NCBI GenBank assembly: GCA_965222115.1
Contig: CBDCTJ010000001.1
Location: forward strand, 192,001 to 256,000
DNA length: 64,000 nt
From: Planctomycetota bacterium
GTDB taxonomy: Bacteria > Planctomycetota > PLA2 > JAEUHO01
Direction: 5' to 3'
Positions 37,668 through 48,098 of this stretch are shown here, in pieces; the stretch's first letter is position 1, and every line of letters starts with the position of its first letter. The notes under the pieces were generated by a model. It did no database searches. It was not told the origin of the DNA and was given only the letters and a program-made list of their open reading frames with translations. Made by a program: the position numbers and the translations under genes.

Positions 37668-39941
37668 ATGAGTACCCAGATCAATGATCCCTTTCTGGGT
37701 GTTCTACTGGACGGTCGGTACAGGATCGCGGAGAGACTTGCCAAGGGTGGTATGGGTTCGGTATACGCGGCCAAAGACAAGAAGCTCCGCCGCTACGTTG
37801 TAATCAAGATTCCAGCGCAACACATTGTAGACACCGAAACTGGACGCAAGCGCTTCCTGAGAGAAATCAGATCACTGCGACGAATTGAACATCCACATGT
37901 CGTACCCATTTTGGACTCCGGAGAAAGAGACGGGCTCCCTTGGTACGCGCTGCAGTTCATGCGCGGCGGGGCGCTAGATCGTCACATCCCGATGCCAGCA
38001 ACACGAAAGGGCACTCGGTGGATCTCGGAGATTGCAGGTGCGCTCGACCATTGCCACGATGGCGGAGTCCTCCATAGGGACGTCAAGCCCGCCAACATCT
38101 TGTTCGATGAACACGCGCACGCGTATATCACCGACTTCGGCGTAGCCAAGGGGGACGACACCGCCAATGGCACCCGTCTCACGAAGACCGGCATGCTCGC
38201 CGGGTCGCCTGCATACATGGCGCCTGAACAGGTGTTTGGAGGCAATGTCGACGGACGCGCGGATCAATACGCCCTCGCAGTGACGGCATACGAAGCGTTG
38301 AGTGGCGAGCTTCCATTCAAAGGTGACACCGCGATAGAAATCGCAGTCGCCAAGCGCCGGGGACAGAAGGAATCACTTGAGCGCGTAGCGCCTCACATCC
38401 ACCCCGCCGCGGGCCGAGTACTCGACATTGCAATGTCGTCAAGGCCGGACCTCAGATATCCTTCGTGTACATCATTCGCAGAGGCTCTAACGAAGGGCCT
38501 TGCCGGGGCTGCGGCTACCACAGGTGTTGCACCGCGCTCCCGTTCAAGCCGAGGAAACGAGAAGAGCAGGTCGTGGCCGCGCGCTGCATACGCCCCCGCC
38601 GCAATCGGATTTCTTGCGATGCTACTCATGTTAGTCAAGGGCAATGATATCAATTCGGGTGCAGATCCTCAACACGGAGAACCGCGGAAAGCCCAAGAAC
38701 TGGATGTCACCAACAATGCAAGCAGAGATTCGAAGACACCCCGGGAAGCATCCTCCCCTCTGTATCTAGACATTGTATCGCCCAAACCTGGCGAAATCTT
38801 CTTCCCTAGATCGTCGTTAGTGTCAGGGACTGTGCGGGGTCCCGACTTAGCTGGCCTAGCCGTTGAAGTCGATGGAATCCGGGCGGACGTCGTTACTGAA
38901 GAGGAAGATCGGGCGTCATTCGCGGCGCAACTGCCTCCGGATATTAACAGCGGTAAGCGTACAGTCCGCGTACGAGCGTGGAACATGCGAAGCATGTCTG
39001 AGGTTACAACAGATATCAACTGCAAAGTAGATTCCAAACCTCCATCAATTGACAAGATTCACTTAAGTATGGCGAATATCTCACAAAGCGCCTTAAAAGT
39101 TACCGCCTTCGCACGTGATCCAAATCTCAACTCTGTATCTGCAAATGGCGTCAAGCTGATTCAAGGCGAGCGCTCTAAGGAGTATTCCGGCATAATACGA
39201 TCGATGGAATTCGGCAGAAGGCCTTGCGAGATAAAGCTAGTTGCAGATGATCTCGGGGACAATCGCGCCACGCGACGATTGAGCATTCCAGCCATTCACA
39301 TAGACCCTGAGATACATGAGAAGTGCCATGGGCTACACTTTGTTGGGAGGACTTCGGGCGAAATTCAGTTGAGGTATTCAGGAATGCGAGCCGGTGATGT
39401 ACTTGAACTCCAGATCACGAAGACTCACTTTCAGGGTAAGACGCCGAAACAAACGTTCTTAGCGACCCCCAAGAATTCATCTTCAGGCAAGATTTCGATG
39501 GCATTCTCAGATGTACCCTCTGGAGAGTCGCGGGTCATGGCGAGGTTGTCCCGAGTTCAGGACGACACTCAATTCTCCGCAGAGCTGCTTGTAGGTCGAC
39601 TATCAGCTGACTTCTCACGACCTAAGATTTCCAAGTTGCAGAGTGTCAGCAAGAACGGCGGGGCGTGGCAAGGCTTAGCGTTTGAGTTTCAAGACAGGTC
39701 ACCAATTCTGGAGGTGACTTTCGAGACGCATGAGGGACGAGAATCAGATGGTCCACATCGAGTTAATCTGCATCCAATATTTAGAGGGAGTATGCTGTTT
39801 AGTGGTGTTCTTGAAAGACGGTTCGTCCGAGCGCCTGTGACTGGAGACAGAATGTTGGTGAGAGATTTAGCGGGTAACGTCCTTCGAATCAACCTGCCTG
39901 AAGTGTATCGAAAGACCATGAAGCGAGATTCAAAAAAGTAG
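37668..39941 (+). CDS. Membrane Ser/Thr protein kinase with C-terminal extracytoplasmic beta-rich region
   Basis: GGMGSVY, HRDVKPAN, DFG, YMAPE, then a TM helix; start uncertain (37533-37668). Confidence 0.9.
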   Translation: MSTQINDPFLGVLLDGRYRIAERLAKGGMGSVYAAKDKKLRRYVVIKIPAQHIVDTETGRKRFLREIRSLRRIEHPHVVPILDSGERDGLPWYALQFMRGGALDRHIPMPATRKGTRWISEIAGALDHCHDGGVLHRDVKPANILFDEHAHAYITDFGVAKGDDTANGTRLTKTGMLAGSPAYMAPEQVFGGNVDGRADQYALAVTAYEALSGELPFKGDTAIEIAVAKRRGQKESLERVAPHIHPAAGRVLDIAMSSRPDLRYPSCTSFAEALTKGLAGAAATTGVAPRSRSSRGNEKSRSWPRAAYAPAAIGFLAMLLMLVKGNDINSGADPQHGEPRKAQELDVTNNASRDSKTPREASSPLYLDIVSPKPGEIFFPRSSLVSGTVRGPDLAGLAVEVDGIRADVVTEEEDRASFAAQLPPDINSGKRTVRVRAWNMRSMSEVTTDINCKVDSKPPSIDKIHLSMANISQSALKVTAFARDPNLNSVSANGVKLIQGERSKEYSGIIRSMEFGRRPCEIKLVADDLGDNRATRRLSIPAIHIDPEIHEKCHGLHFVGRTSGEIQLRYSGMRAGDVLELQITKTHFQGKTPKQTFLATPKNSSSGKISMAFSDVPSGESRVMARLSRVQDDTQFSAELLVGRLSADFSRPKISKLQSVSKNGGAWQGLAFEFQDRSPILEVTFETHEGRESDGPHRVNLHPIFRGSMLFSGVLERRFVRAPVTGDRMLVRDLAGNVLRINLPEVYRKTMKRDSKK

Positions 39942-39957
39942 ACCTTGGCGAATTCGT

Positions 39958-41145
39958 ATGGCTGTTCGATTCAAAATACTAGAGGGAGCCAACAAAGGCG
40001 AGCACTATGAATATGATGCGAATTGTTCGTTCGTAGTAGGCCGTGACACCAGTAGAAGTACGCACCTAGCGGTTCCGCAAGACCAATACATGTCGCGATT
40101 TCACTTTGTGGTAGAAGTCGGAGTTGGAGAGTGCTTGATTCGAGATTGTGGAAGCAAGAATGGGTTGTTCGTCAATGATGACCGAGTTTCAGAGTGCGCA
40201 CTAAAGGATGGTGATGTCGTAAAGGCGGGGCGCACGAAGATGGTGATACGCTTCGACTCAATCCGGACAACATCTCCGCTCGAGGCAGGAATGGACGCCG
40301 TCGACGATCGATTCCATCTCATCAAACAACTCAAGGGAGCAGGGGGAGCCCGCGTGTTTCAGGCGCGCGATACGAGCACGAATACGATCGTTGCTCTCAA
40401 GTTCCTGCGATTCGACCACGACCATGGATCCGAACTCGAATCGCTGTTCCGGCGCGAACTTGATGCGGTGTCAATGCTCCGGCATGAGTGCATCGTTCCG
40501 GTGTTAGCTACCGGCATGCGAGACGACGAGGCGTGGTTGGCCGCCGAGTGGATTGAAGGCATGAATCTCGAAGAGCGCATCGAAAGCAGTTCGCTGTATA
40601 CCGAGCTTCAAGCCGTGGACCTGGGCATCCAAATTCTTGGGGCTCTCTCGTATGCACACAACAAGGGCTACGTTCATCGTGACGTCAAGCCTGCAAACAT
40701 ACTTCTGCAAGATCGACCGTGGGGAGCCAAGCCACTGCTAACCGATTTCGGACTTGCCAAGCGCGTGGGCCACGAAGACTCATCGCTCACCAGCACCGGA
40801 ACAACCAGGGGAACCCCCAGATTCATGCCCCCGGAGCAAATCATGAACAGCAATTCTGCTCGTTCAGAATCGGATCAATTTGCGATGGCGGCAACGATTT
40901 ACTACGCCGCGACGGGAAAGTGGCACTACGAGCAAGTCGACCACTCGATCTGGGAGGTCTTACTTAGTGGCCCGGTCGTACCGATTCGCATGCGACGCAG
41001 GAGCTTGAGCAGAGAACTCGAGTCCATTCTCCTACGTGCCATGGAACCTGACCCCGCTGATCGCCACTCCTCAACGGCAGAGTTTCGACGAGCATTAATT
41101 CACCATCGAGAATCGCTTGCGAGAGAGCCTAAGACTGATACGTAG
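39958..41145 (+). CDS. FHA-domain Ser/Thr protein kinase
   Basis: FHA (GR...SRFH...SKNG); HRDVKPAN, DFG, FMPPE. Confidence 0.9.
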   Translation: MAVRFKILEGANKGEHYEYDANCSFVVGRDTSRSTHLAVPQDQYMSRFHFVVEVGVGECLIRDCGSKNGLFVNDDRVSECALKDGDVVKAGRTKMVIRFDSIRTTSPLEAGMDAVDDRFHLIKQLKGAGGARVFQARDTSTNTIVALKFLRFDHDHGSELESLFRRELDAVSMLRHECIVPVLATGMRDDEAWLAAEWIEGMNLEERIESSSLYTELQAVDLGIQILGALSYAHNKGYVHRDVKPANILLQDRPWGAKPLLTDFGLAKRVGHEDSSLTSTGTTRGTPRFMPPEQIMNSNSARSESDQFAMAATIYYAATGKWHYEQVDHSIWEVLLSGPVVPIRMRRRSLSRELESILLRAMEPDPADRHSSTAEFRRALIHHRESLAREPKTDT

Positions 41146-41270
41146 CAGTCCATTGCGGGCACAGGTTCGATCAATGTCGACGGATGCTGCATGACGATTC
41201 GAAATCGTGTCAGCACGACGACTGACTCCAACGATACTCGTATCCCACAACTCGCCGCGAGGTCCCGACT

Positions 41271-42926
41271 GTGCCACGACAAGCAACCCGAGTTCTTTGG
41301 TTGTCAATCGCTCTGAGCGCCACCGTCTCGGTAGTTGCTCATGCCAAGCCCGACAACGACAAGAATGCCGCATTTAAGAAGGCGAGTGCAGCTGCAAGTC
41401 GGTTGATGAAGAAGCCGGGGGAAGGAGAGAAGAAGCTCGCGGCGATCGATGTGCTAGCAAAGGATGACTCGAAGCGCGCGACAGAGGTACTCATTCGGTG
41501 GGCCGACGTTACACATTCGCTGCGATCCAAGAAGCTTGGGCCCAAGGCCGACAAGGCCAAGAAGACCTATGACGAATTGCTTGCAAAGACGATTGCGTCT
41601 CGTGGGCGGTCGATCCCCATGTGGCCGGAGCCGATTCAAGAACGGGTAGACAAGAAGAAGGTAGCCTCCGAAGAACTCGCCGCACTCGTTCGCACGGAAG
41701 TCAATGTTGCTTCGAGACTCGCTGACGCCATTGGCAAGGTGACCAATGAAGACGCCATTGCGTGGATTGCATCGTCCGGCCTGCCGGGCCTACTCAGCAA
41801 GAAGGGTCCGCGTGAGGTTCCCGGTGCCTGTGTCTCGCTAATTCTCAAGAACGTCACCAACGATGCATCACCCGCATTGCTAAAGGCGGTGCAGTACGAG
41901 ATTACACCGCGTGCGCGCGTTCAGGCATTGGATTGGATTGCCAAGGAGTCTATTCCCGGCGCGGCGAGCAAACTCGGTGACTGCCTGAGTTCCAAATCAA
42001 TTATGGTTCGTCGCGCATGTGTACGAACAATGAAAGCGCTCAATGATCCGGTAGCGGTTCCCATGCTCATCGACGGACTCAAGTCGGCCGACGGATTGCT
42101 CGCCGCCGAGATCGCTGACGTGCTGCACAACTTCACAGGCATGACATTGGGACGCGATGCCAAGCCTTGGAAGGCGTGGTGGAACAAAGAAGGCAAAACG
42201 TGGCTCGCTGCCGAGGATAAAAAGCGACATGGCTCCTTGCCATCGAAGGGCAAAGTGGGGTTTTACGGAATCACGTCGCCCTCCAATCGCATCGTATTTG
42301 TGCTCGATCGCTCGGGATCGATGATTGCCAAGGCCAAACAGAAGGTGGCGAGCAAGGCCGGTGGCACGGCAGAGCAAGGGGGCTCCAAACAGGCCGCAGG
42401 AACCATGCTCGACTTGGCCAAACGAGAGTTGCGTCGGAGCATCAATCGACTCGATTCGCGCGTGCTGTTCAATGTGGTTTTCTACAACAGCAGCGTGGAG
42501 GTGTGGAAGAAGCCGCCGAACCTCTTGCCCGCAACCGACAAGAATAAGATCGCCGCACAGTCGTGGTTTATGCCGCTCAAACCCATTGAGTCAACGGCGC
42601 TATTCTCAGCGCTACACAAGGCACTCGAGTACGCCAACCAATACGGAAGTGACGATCGTTATGGCAAACCGGGCGCCGACACGATCTTCTTATTGTCCGA
42701 CGGCACGCCCACCAAAGAGCTAAAAGGCGCGGCCAAACTCACGGAGTCACCGCCGGAGTTAACCGACGAAGAGATCGACGCTGCATTCAAGAAATTCATG
42801 AAAGCCAACGAACTCGTGCGTTGCGTGGTCCATACCATCGGGCTCGGCCCCGCCCACAACCGCGATCTCATGCGCCGCCTCGCCAAAGCCACCGGCGGCA
42901 CCTACGTCGCCGTTGGCATGGACTAG
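41271..42926 (+). CDS. Secreted HEAT-repeat/VWA protein
   Basis: Signal peptide, HEAT-like helices, MIDAS DRSGSM, LSDG, HTIGLG. Confidence 0.85.
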   Translation: MPRQATRVLWLSIALSATVSVVAHAKPDNDKNAAFKKASAAASRLMKKPGEGEKKLAAIDVLAKDDSKRATEVLIRWADVTHSLRSKKLGPKADKAKKTYDELLAKTIASRGRSIPMWPEPIQERVDKKKVASEELAALVRTEVNVASRLADAIGKVTNEDAIAWIASSGLPGLLSKKGPREVPGACVSLILKNVTNDASPALLKAVQYEITPRARVQALDWIAKESIPGAASKLGDCLSSKSIMVRRACVRTMKALNDPVAVPMLIDGLKSADGLLAAEIADVLHNFTGMTLGRDAKPWKAWWNKEGKTWLAAEDKKRHGSLPSKGKVGFYGITSPSNRIVFVLDRSGSMIAKAKQKVASKAGGTAEQGGSKQAAGTMLDLAKRELRRSINRLDSRVLFNVVFYNSSVEVWKKPPNLLPATDKNKIAAQSWFMPLKPIESTALFSALHKALEYANQYGSDDRYGKPGADTIFLLSDGTPTKELKGAAKLTESPPELTDEEIDAAFKKFMKANELVRCVVHTIGLGPAHNRDLMRRLAKATGGTYVAVGMD

Positions 42927-43493
42927 TGCGAGCGTAAGTTCGAACTTTGGGTGCGACGCGTGATGTAGCTCTTCGTTGGCGAGCGTGGCGAGTTGATGCC
43001 CCAACCCCCTACCTCGAAGCTTGGCTCTAGCCTCATGCTGTGTCCACGCACGCCAGAATAGTCGCGGGCGATCTTCGTCGGCATATGCACCTATCTGCCT
43101 AGTCAAATCGGCGCCAAGTGTTTGAGTCGCAACGTCACCCCAATCAGGAAATGGGCGTACTTCTTCGATATCAATACCGACTTGGGCCCGATGGACGATT
43201 GCGATGGCAGCAAACGGACCGGATGAAGTTGCATTGAATCCAATATCATCGAATCCTCGCACACGCGGTTTGCCGAACTGCCCATAGTCAAAGCGAATCG
43301 CGGACGGCTCAATGTGAATTTTCGCCGCGAGTTGCTCACGAAGCCACCCACGCCGACACATCCAAAACCGCCGCGAGCGTTGATCCGAATACTGTTCGGC
43401 GGTCGCGACGTCGTCGTCCGAAAGTGTCCGTTTGAGCACGTCGTACCGTTCCATCAACTCGCCCAAACGCGTAATGAGGATTCTTGGCTTCAT
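42759..43493 (-). CDS. Sfp-type 4'-phosphopantetheinyl transferase
   Basis: GKP...FNATSSG...VGIDIE...WTQHEARAK.RGRGL; ATGA overlap with the NRPS stop. Confidence 0.8.
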   Translation of the reverse strand: MKPRILITRLGELMERYDVLKRTLSDDDVATAEQYSDQRSRRFWMCRRGWLREQLAAKIHIEPSAIRFDYGQFGKPRVRGFDDIGFNATSSGPFAAIAIVHRAQVGIDIEEVRPFPDWGDVATQTLGADLTRQIGAYADEDRPRLFWRAWTQHEARAKLRGRGLGHQLATLANEELHHASHPKFELTLALVHANGDVGAAGGFGEAAHEIAVVGGAEPDGMDHATHEFVGFHEFLECSVDLFVG

Positions 43494-46400
43494 GCACGCA
43501 CCTCACGTTCCTTGTTTGCGATCGGCTTGGTGGGGCTACCGGCGAACGTTGTGTTCGACGAGAGTCGCTCGCGCTTCATAACAACACTTTGAGGCATTAC
43601 GCACGCCCCTTCTCCGATATCTGATCCGTAGAACAGAATCGCACCGTCACGCACGGTTGCGCCCTTGCCAATGCGTATCGTATCAATCTTGAGGATGCGA
43701 TCTTCAAACGTGTGCGCCTGAAAGTGACCGCTTACCGTGGCTTCGTCGTCGATGGAAATCATGTCGGGATCCACAACTTGGGCGAAGCCACCACCAAGCA
43801 CAACGCGCTTGCCGACACGCATGCCCATCGCGCGCAGATACCACGCCAAGAACAAGGTTCCTTCGAAAGCGGACATCAAGCCTCGAATCCACGCGTTCCA
43901 ACACACGTACACGAAATCCCAGCGACAGCACCAGCATGACCACAGTGCGTGTTGTCCAGGTCGGACCCGTCCAAGCAGTGTCCATTTAAGAAATAAGACA
44001 AGGAGGCCGAGCGTGGCGGCGGCAAGGATCACGGAAACCGGCAGTAGCCACAGGAACATCTGAGTTGAAGACATCGTCGCGGATAACACGGAGACGCCAT
44101 GTAACCAAACAAGCAAGATGAACAATGGAACAATCGGGATTAGAAAGCGTAGCGACTCGAAGAAGATGCGCGTTACATACTGCACGGGCCCCGGGTCGTG
44201 CGTGAGGCGGCGATCGGCGTTCACGACTTCACGACGCGGCAATGTAAACGCGGGATGGCCGAACCACGTCGAGTCTTGTGTCATCTGCTCATCGTCGGCA
44301 ACGGTCGCCACGCCAACCAAAAGGTTGGATGGGAGTGAGCTGCCGGCGGGGACCACCGCGTGATTCCCAAGAAACGAATCGCCTCCGAGTGACGTCGCCC
44401 CATGCTCAACCACGCCTTGTCGAATCCGCGCGCCGCCAAGGTAGATTCCATCCGCAAGGAAACACTCAGAACCAAGCGCAACGGACGATGGCACGACGTC
44501 GGTGATAGTACTAATCTCAGACTTTGAGCCGACTTTCATGCCGGCGAAACGGAGCCACACAGGCCAAAACAGTGAACCGCTCAAGAGTCGCCCTACGCCC
44601 GATACGGCGTCACTTGCCAACCGATCGCGTATACGTGCCAGACTAAGATTCCAAATGACCGCTGGACGTTGATACGCCAGCAAGCGAATTGCAACGGCTG
44701 AACTCACGAGCGTTACAAGCAGAGAGACAACGATCAGGGCCGTCAACTCGCCGAAGATCCCCGCGCCGCCTGTGCCCGCAAACAGACCATCAAGCACGAA
44801 AGCGGTATCGACCCCCGGCCACGCGATGAGTAGTAGCGCGAACGGCGCATAGTAGGCCAGTGTTCCAAACGCAAACCGCGACATCATCATGGCTACGCCA
44901 TGCATCAATGGTGTCAACGGCCGATCGGGCGAAGGCTTTATCGGCGTGCCGAGACGCTCGACTCGTTTCGCCGGTACACCGTTCCATCGCTCACCATCCG
45001 GAAGCGTCTTCCCCTGCGGCAGCCACGACAGCGAAGTGAGATGCGAGTCCTCATCAAGTGTTGTGTGTGCATCGACGCCGGCACGAGTCTCAAGGACGCA
45101 TCGATCGCCGAGGGAGACAGGCCCAATGACCAGATCGCCCCGGTCGTAATCGATGAGCCGGATTGAGGCATCGCGACCAATGCACACGTCGTCGCCGATA
45201 TGGAGAAGATCCCAGCCACCGTTTCCCAGCGCCACGCCTCGGTGAATATGAACACGTTCACCGATCTGCGCCCCAAGCGCACGCAGCGCGGAACAGAAAA
45301 ACACCGTTTCTGATAGGGCGCCCCACGGGACGAATCGCGCGAGATGGGCGAGCAACCAATGCCTAAGATAAAAGCCGCTCCAGACCGGCACGCGCATCGA
45401 GCGGTAGCGGCCAATCAAAACGCGCTTTGCCAGAACGAGAAGCGCTACGGACAAGGGTGCATACAACAAAAATGCGATGAAGCTCGCTAATGGCAACGCA
45501 AGCAGCGTGGTAGTGAGTCCAAACTCATGCAGCACAAAAGGGAGTAAAAGGAAGAAAATCGCGTAGAGCGTCGCTGCACCCACAACCGTTTCTGCGAGGA
45601 GCCAAATCCCTTGACACGTCGTAACGAGCAGCGGGCGACGGCGACTCGCCATCGACGAATCGATACTTGAGACTGAGTCGTTTGAGACCGCGTCGCTTGT
45701 CGTCGCCTTCGTTGCAATCGCGTCAATCGTGCGCAACTCGTAGATATCGCGCACCGAAATGGATGCTGTACGCGGATCCTTTCGAAGCTTTGACACCGCC
45801 AGTGCCGCGCCAACGGAGTTGCCGCCTAGGTCAAAAAAGAAGTCGTCCTGGCGCCCAGCCGAAGCGCGCCCCACAGCCTCTGACACGGCACGAAACACGA
45901 CGGATTCGACATCATTTGGGCCGTCGGGCTTGGGAGTGAACTCGATCGTCGGAACAAGTAAGGAATCGCGGTCGAGCTTCCCGCTGGGTAGCGTAGGTAG
46001 CCTGTCTATCGCATAGATGCGTGCCGGCACAAGCGTTGCGGGAACACTCGTCTGCAGCCGTGCAAGAAGCGCGGCTTCGTCAATGCCCTGTGCATCCCGT
46101 TCACTGACAACAAAACCAATGAGCGCGTCGATTTCACCCAAACGACGGACACACGCGGCTGCATTCGCAACGCCAGGAAGCCTCGTGAGATGCGCCTCGA
46201 CTTCTTCAAGTTCAATGCGATGACCGTGCAACTTGACTTGCGCGTCCATGCGACCCAAGTAGTAGAACGCGCCGCTTGCATCCTGACGCACACGATCCCC
46301 TGTGCGATAGATACGCCCATGTTTCGGGTGAACCGGAAATCGCGCTTGCGTGAGTTCGTCACGATCCAGATAGCCGCGCGCAACCCCCACGCCGCCAATC

Positions 46401-47476
46401 ACGAGTTCTCCCTCCACTCCGTTCGCACATGGCGTGAGATCCTCATTCAGCACACGGGCCATCGTCCCTTCAACGGGAACGCCTATGGAGATCTCTTCAC
46501 CTTTTCCGATGTCGGCCCGCAACGTCGTGACCGCGCATTCCGTGGGTCCATAGCCGTTGACGAGGCGTCGCCCAATCGACCATGCATCTGCGATGTCACG
46601 CGGCAGCGGCTCGCCGCCCACATACATCAGCCGAATACCTGGCAACTGCTCATGCGGCGCGCTTACGTCCAGCGTTCGCAGCAGTGTTGGCGGAGGACAA
46701 AAGACGGTTATCTGCTCTTCCCGTAGCCAATGGGTTAGGTCAGGACCCCCGCGAACCGTCTCGTCATCCAATACAACAACTGCAGCACCGACCGATAACG
46801 CAAGCCATGTTTCCTCGACCGACGAGTCGTAGGCATGCGACGATCCTTGCGCCACGCGATCGTGTGTATCCAAACCAAAGTGATTTCGATCGGACTCAAC
46901 GAGATTGACAATGCTCCGATGTTCGATCAACACACCCTTGGGCTTTCCAGACGTTCCGGATGTGTAAATCACATAGGCAAGATCCGATGCGGAGGGTGTA
47001 AGGCTGCCCTCAGCATTTGTTATCGACAAGGGTTGTGAACTCTCGTCCACACTCGGAGGAACGACAATATCTTCAGCGGGAATACCTAGTTGCGTCAGCC
47101 GTGAAGCACCCTTCTCATCCGCGACAATCAGCATAGGCGACGCGTCTTGTATGAGGTCCGCAAGCCGTGCATCGGGATAGCTTGGCTCAAGCGCAAGAAA
47201 CGCCCCTCCGGACTTGAGCACAGCCAACTCTGTCGCAAACAGCGCAGGATCGTCGCGTGGAATCAAAATGGCAACGATCGCGTCGCTCGTCACTTGCGGA
47301 CATAGGCGGTTGGCTATTGCATCGGACCACGCGTCAAAGTGCGCATACGTCACGGTCCTACGTCTCACCCGTGTCGCCGCAGGTGGAACCTCAATCGCAA
47401 CACGATTCGGATATTGCCGAACCGTCGATCGAAACACGTCAACCAGCGTCTGAAAGGGAACCGTGCCTGAAGTCAC
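43490..47476 (-). CDS. Pls/PosA-family membrane-bound single-module NRPS (A-T-6TM with three LbH-containing domains)
   Basis: YTSGTSGKPKG, YGPTE, YRTGD, PSGKLDR; PCP motif DLGGNS; six TM helices; QAHTFEDR; GTG start at 47476 overlaps the SET gene stop. Confidence 0.88.
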   Translation of the reverse strand: MTSGTVPFQTLVDVFRSTVRQYPNRVAIEVPPAATRVRRRTVTYAHFDAWSDAIANRLCPQVTSDAIVAILIPRDDPALFATELAVLKSGGAFLALEPSYPDARLADLIQDASPMLIVADEKGASRLTQLGIPAEDIVVPPSVDESSQPLSITNAEGSLTPSASDLAYVIYTSGTSGKPKGVLIEHRSIVNLVESDRNHFGLDTHDRVAQGSSHAYDSSVEETWLALSVGAAVVVLDDETVRGGPDLTHWLREEQITVFCPPPTLLRTLDVSAPHEQLPGIRLMYVGGEPLPRDIADAWSIGRRLVNGYGPTECAVTTLRADIGKGEEISIGVPVEGTMARVLNEDLTPCANGVEGELVIGGVGVARGYLDRDELTQARFPVHPKHGRIYRTGDRVRQDASGAFYYLGRMDAQVKLHGHRIELEEVEAHLTRLPGVANAAACVRRLGEIDALIGFVVSERDAQGIDEAALLARLQTSVPATLVPARIYAIDRLPTLPSGKLDRDSLLVPTIEFTPKPDGPNDVESVVFRAVSEAVGRASAGRQDDFFFDLGGNSVGAALAVSKLRKDPRTASISVRDIYELRTIDAIATKATTSDAVSNDSVSSIDSSMASRRRPLLVTTCQGIWLLAETVVGAATLYAIFFLLLPFVLHEFGLTTTLLALPLASFIAFLLYAPLSVALLVLAKRVLIGRYRSMRVPVWSGFYLRHWLLAHLARFVPWGALSETVFFCSALRALGAQIGERVHIHRGVALGNGGWDLLHIGDDVCIGRDASIRLIDYDRGDLVIGPVSLGDRCVLETRAGVDAHTTLDEDSHLTSLSWLPQGKTLPDGERWNGVPAKRVERLGTPIKPSPDRPLTPLMHGVAMMMSRFAFGTLAYYAPFALLLIAWPGVDTAFVLDGLFAGTGGAGIFGELTALIVVSLLVTLVSSAVAIRLLAYQRPAVIWNLSLARIRDRLASDAVSGVGRLLSGSLFWPVWLRFAGMKVGSKSEISTITDVVPSSVALGSECFLADGIYLGGARIRQGVVEHGATSLGGDSFLGNHAVVPAGSSLPSNLLVGVATVADDEQMTQDSTWFGHPAFTLPRREVVNADRRLTHDPGPVQYVTRIFFESLRFLIPIVPLFILLVWLHGVSVLSATMSSTQMFLWLLPVSVILAAATLGLLVLFLKWTLLGRVRPGQHALWSCWCCRWDFVYVCWNAWIRGLMSAFEGTLFLAWYLRAMGMRVGKRVVLGGGFAQVVDPDMISIDDEATVSGHFQAHTFEDRILKIDTIRIGKGATVRDGAILFYGSDIGEGACVMPQSVVMKRERLSSNTTFAGSPTKPIANKEREVRA

Positions 47477-48012
47477 TCGTCGTAGATTTGCACAATGTGC
47501 GGACTCAAGAGGTGCGCAATGCGTTTGCGTTCGGGATGACTGAGGTGCATGAATCCGCGGATCTTCTGTTGGCGACACGTTGGCCTCTGACATTCGCAGA
47601 AAAACGGCTCGGCGATTTCAAGTTCCGTCGTGTTGTAGTCAAACGTTAGCTCATCGCCCTCCGCGATGTCGTCAATCGCAATGACTTCGGGCGCAGCAAT
47701 CCGAACCGTGGGCGCGCAACTGTGATTGAGAAAGCGCCAGGGGTAGGGGTGGCGTCCTGCCGCTTCCGAATCACCGACACACGCATCGAGATGTAATCGG
47801 CTGCCAATCTGTATGGACCAACGAGTGGGTAAATTCGTCAGTGTTCCTGCCAATTGGAGGACGACCTCGCCGGAACGAAATCCACGCGATGCAAAGAGCC
47901 CGAATTGCCCACTTTCCTTTCGCCGGACGTGCACGCCACTGGCCTCGGTTTGATAGGGAGACACCTGGCCCATCTCGTTCATCCCAGTTTTGCAGTCTTC
48001 GGAGATTGACAT
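47473..48012 (-). CDS. SET-domain (lysine methyltransferase-like) protein with post-SET Cys motif
   Basis: FGLFA, FLNHSCAP, GDELTFDY, CECQRPTCR. Confidence 0.88.
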   Translation of the reverse strand: MSISEDCKTGMNEMGQVSPYQTEASGVHVRRKESGQFGLFASRGFRSGEVVLQLAGTLTNLPTRWSIQIGSRLHLDACVGDSEAAGRHPYPWRFLNHSCAPTVRIAAPEVIAIDDIAEGDELTFDYNTTELEIAEPFFCECQRPTCRQQKIRGFMHLSHPERKRIAHLLSPHIVQIYDE

Positions 48013-48098
48013 GTGGGATGGGCCTCAAGAGATTTCACGTGTAGCCGCCGATGCGACCGCGCGGTACTGAAACCCCATATGCCGCTGTCTGTTTCTGC

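Noticed and set aside
47477-47593. 39-codon N-terminal extension of the NRPS
   Set aside because: It overlaps the SET gene; the GTG at 47476 gives a standard 4-nt coupling.
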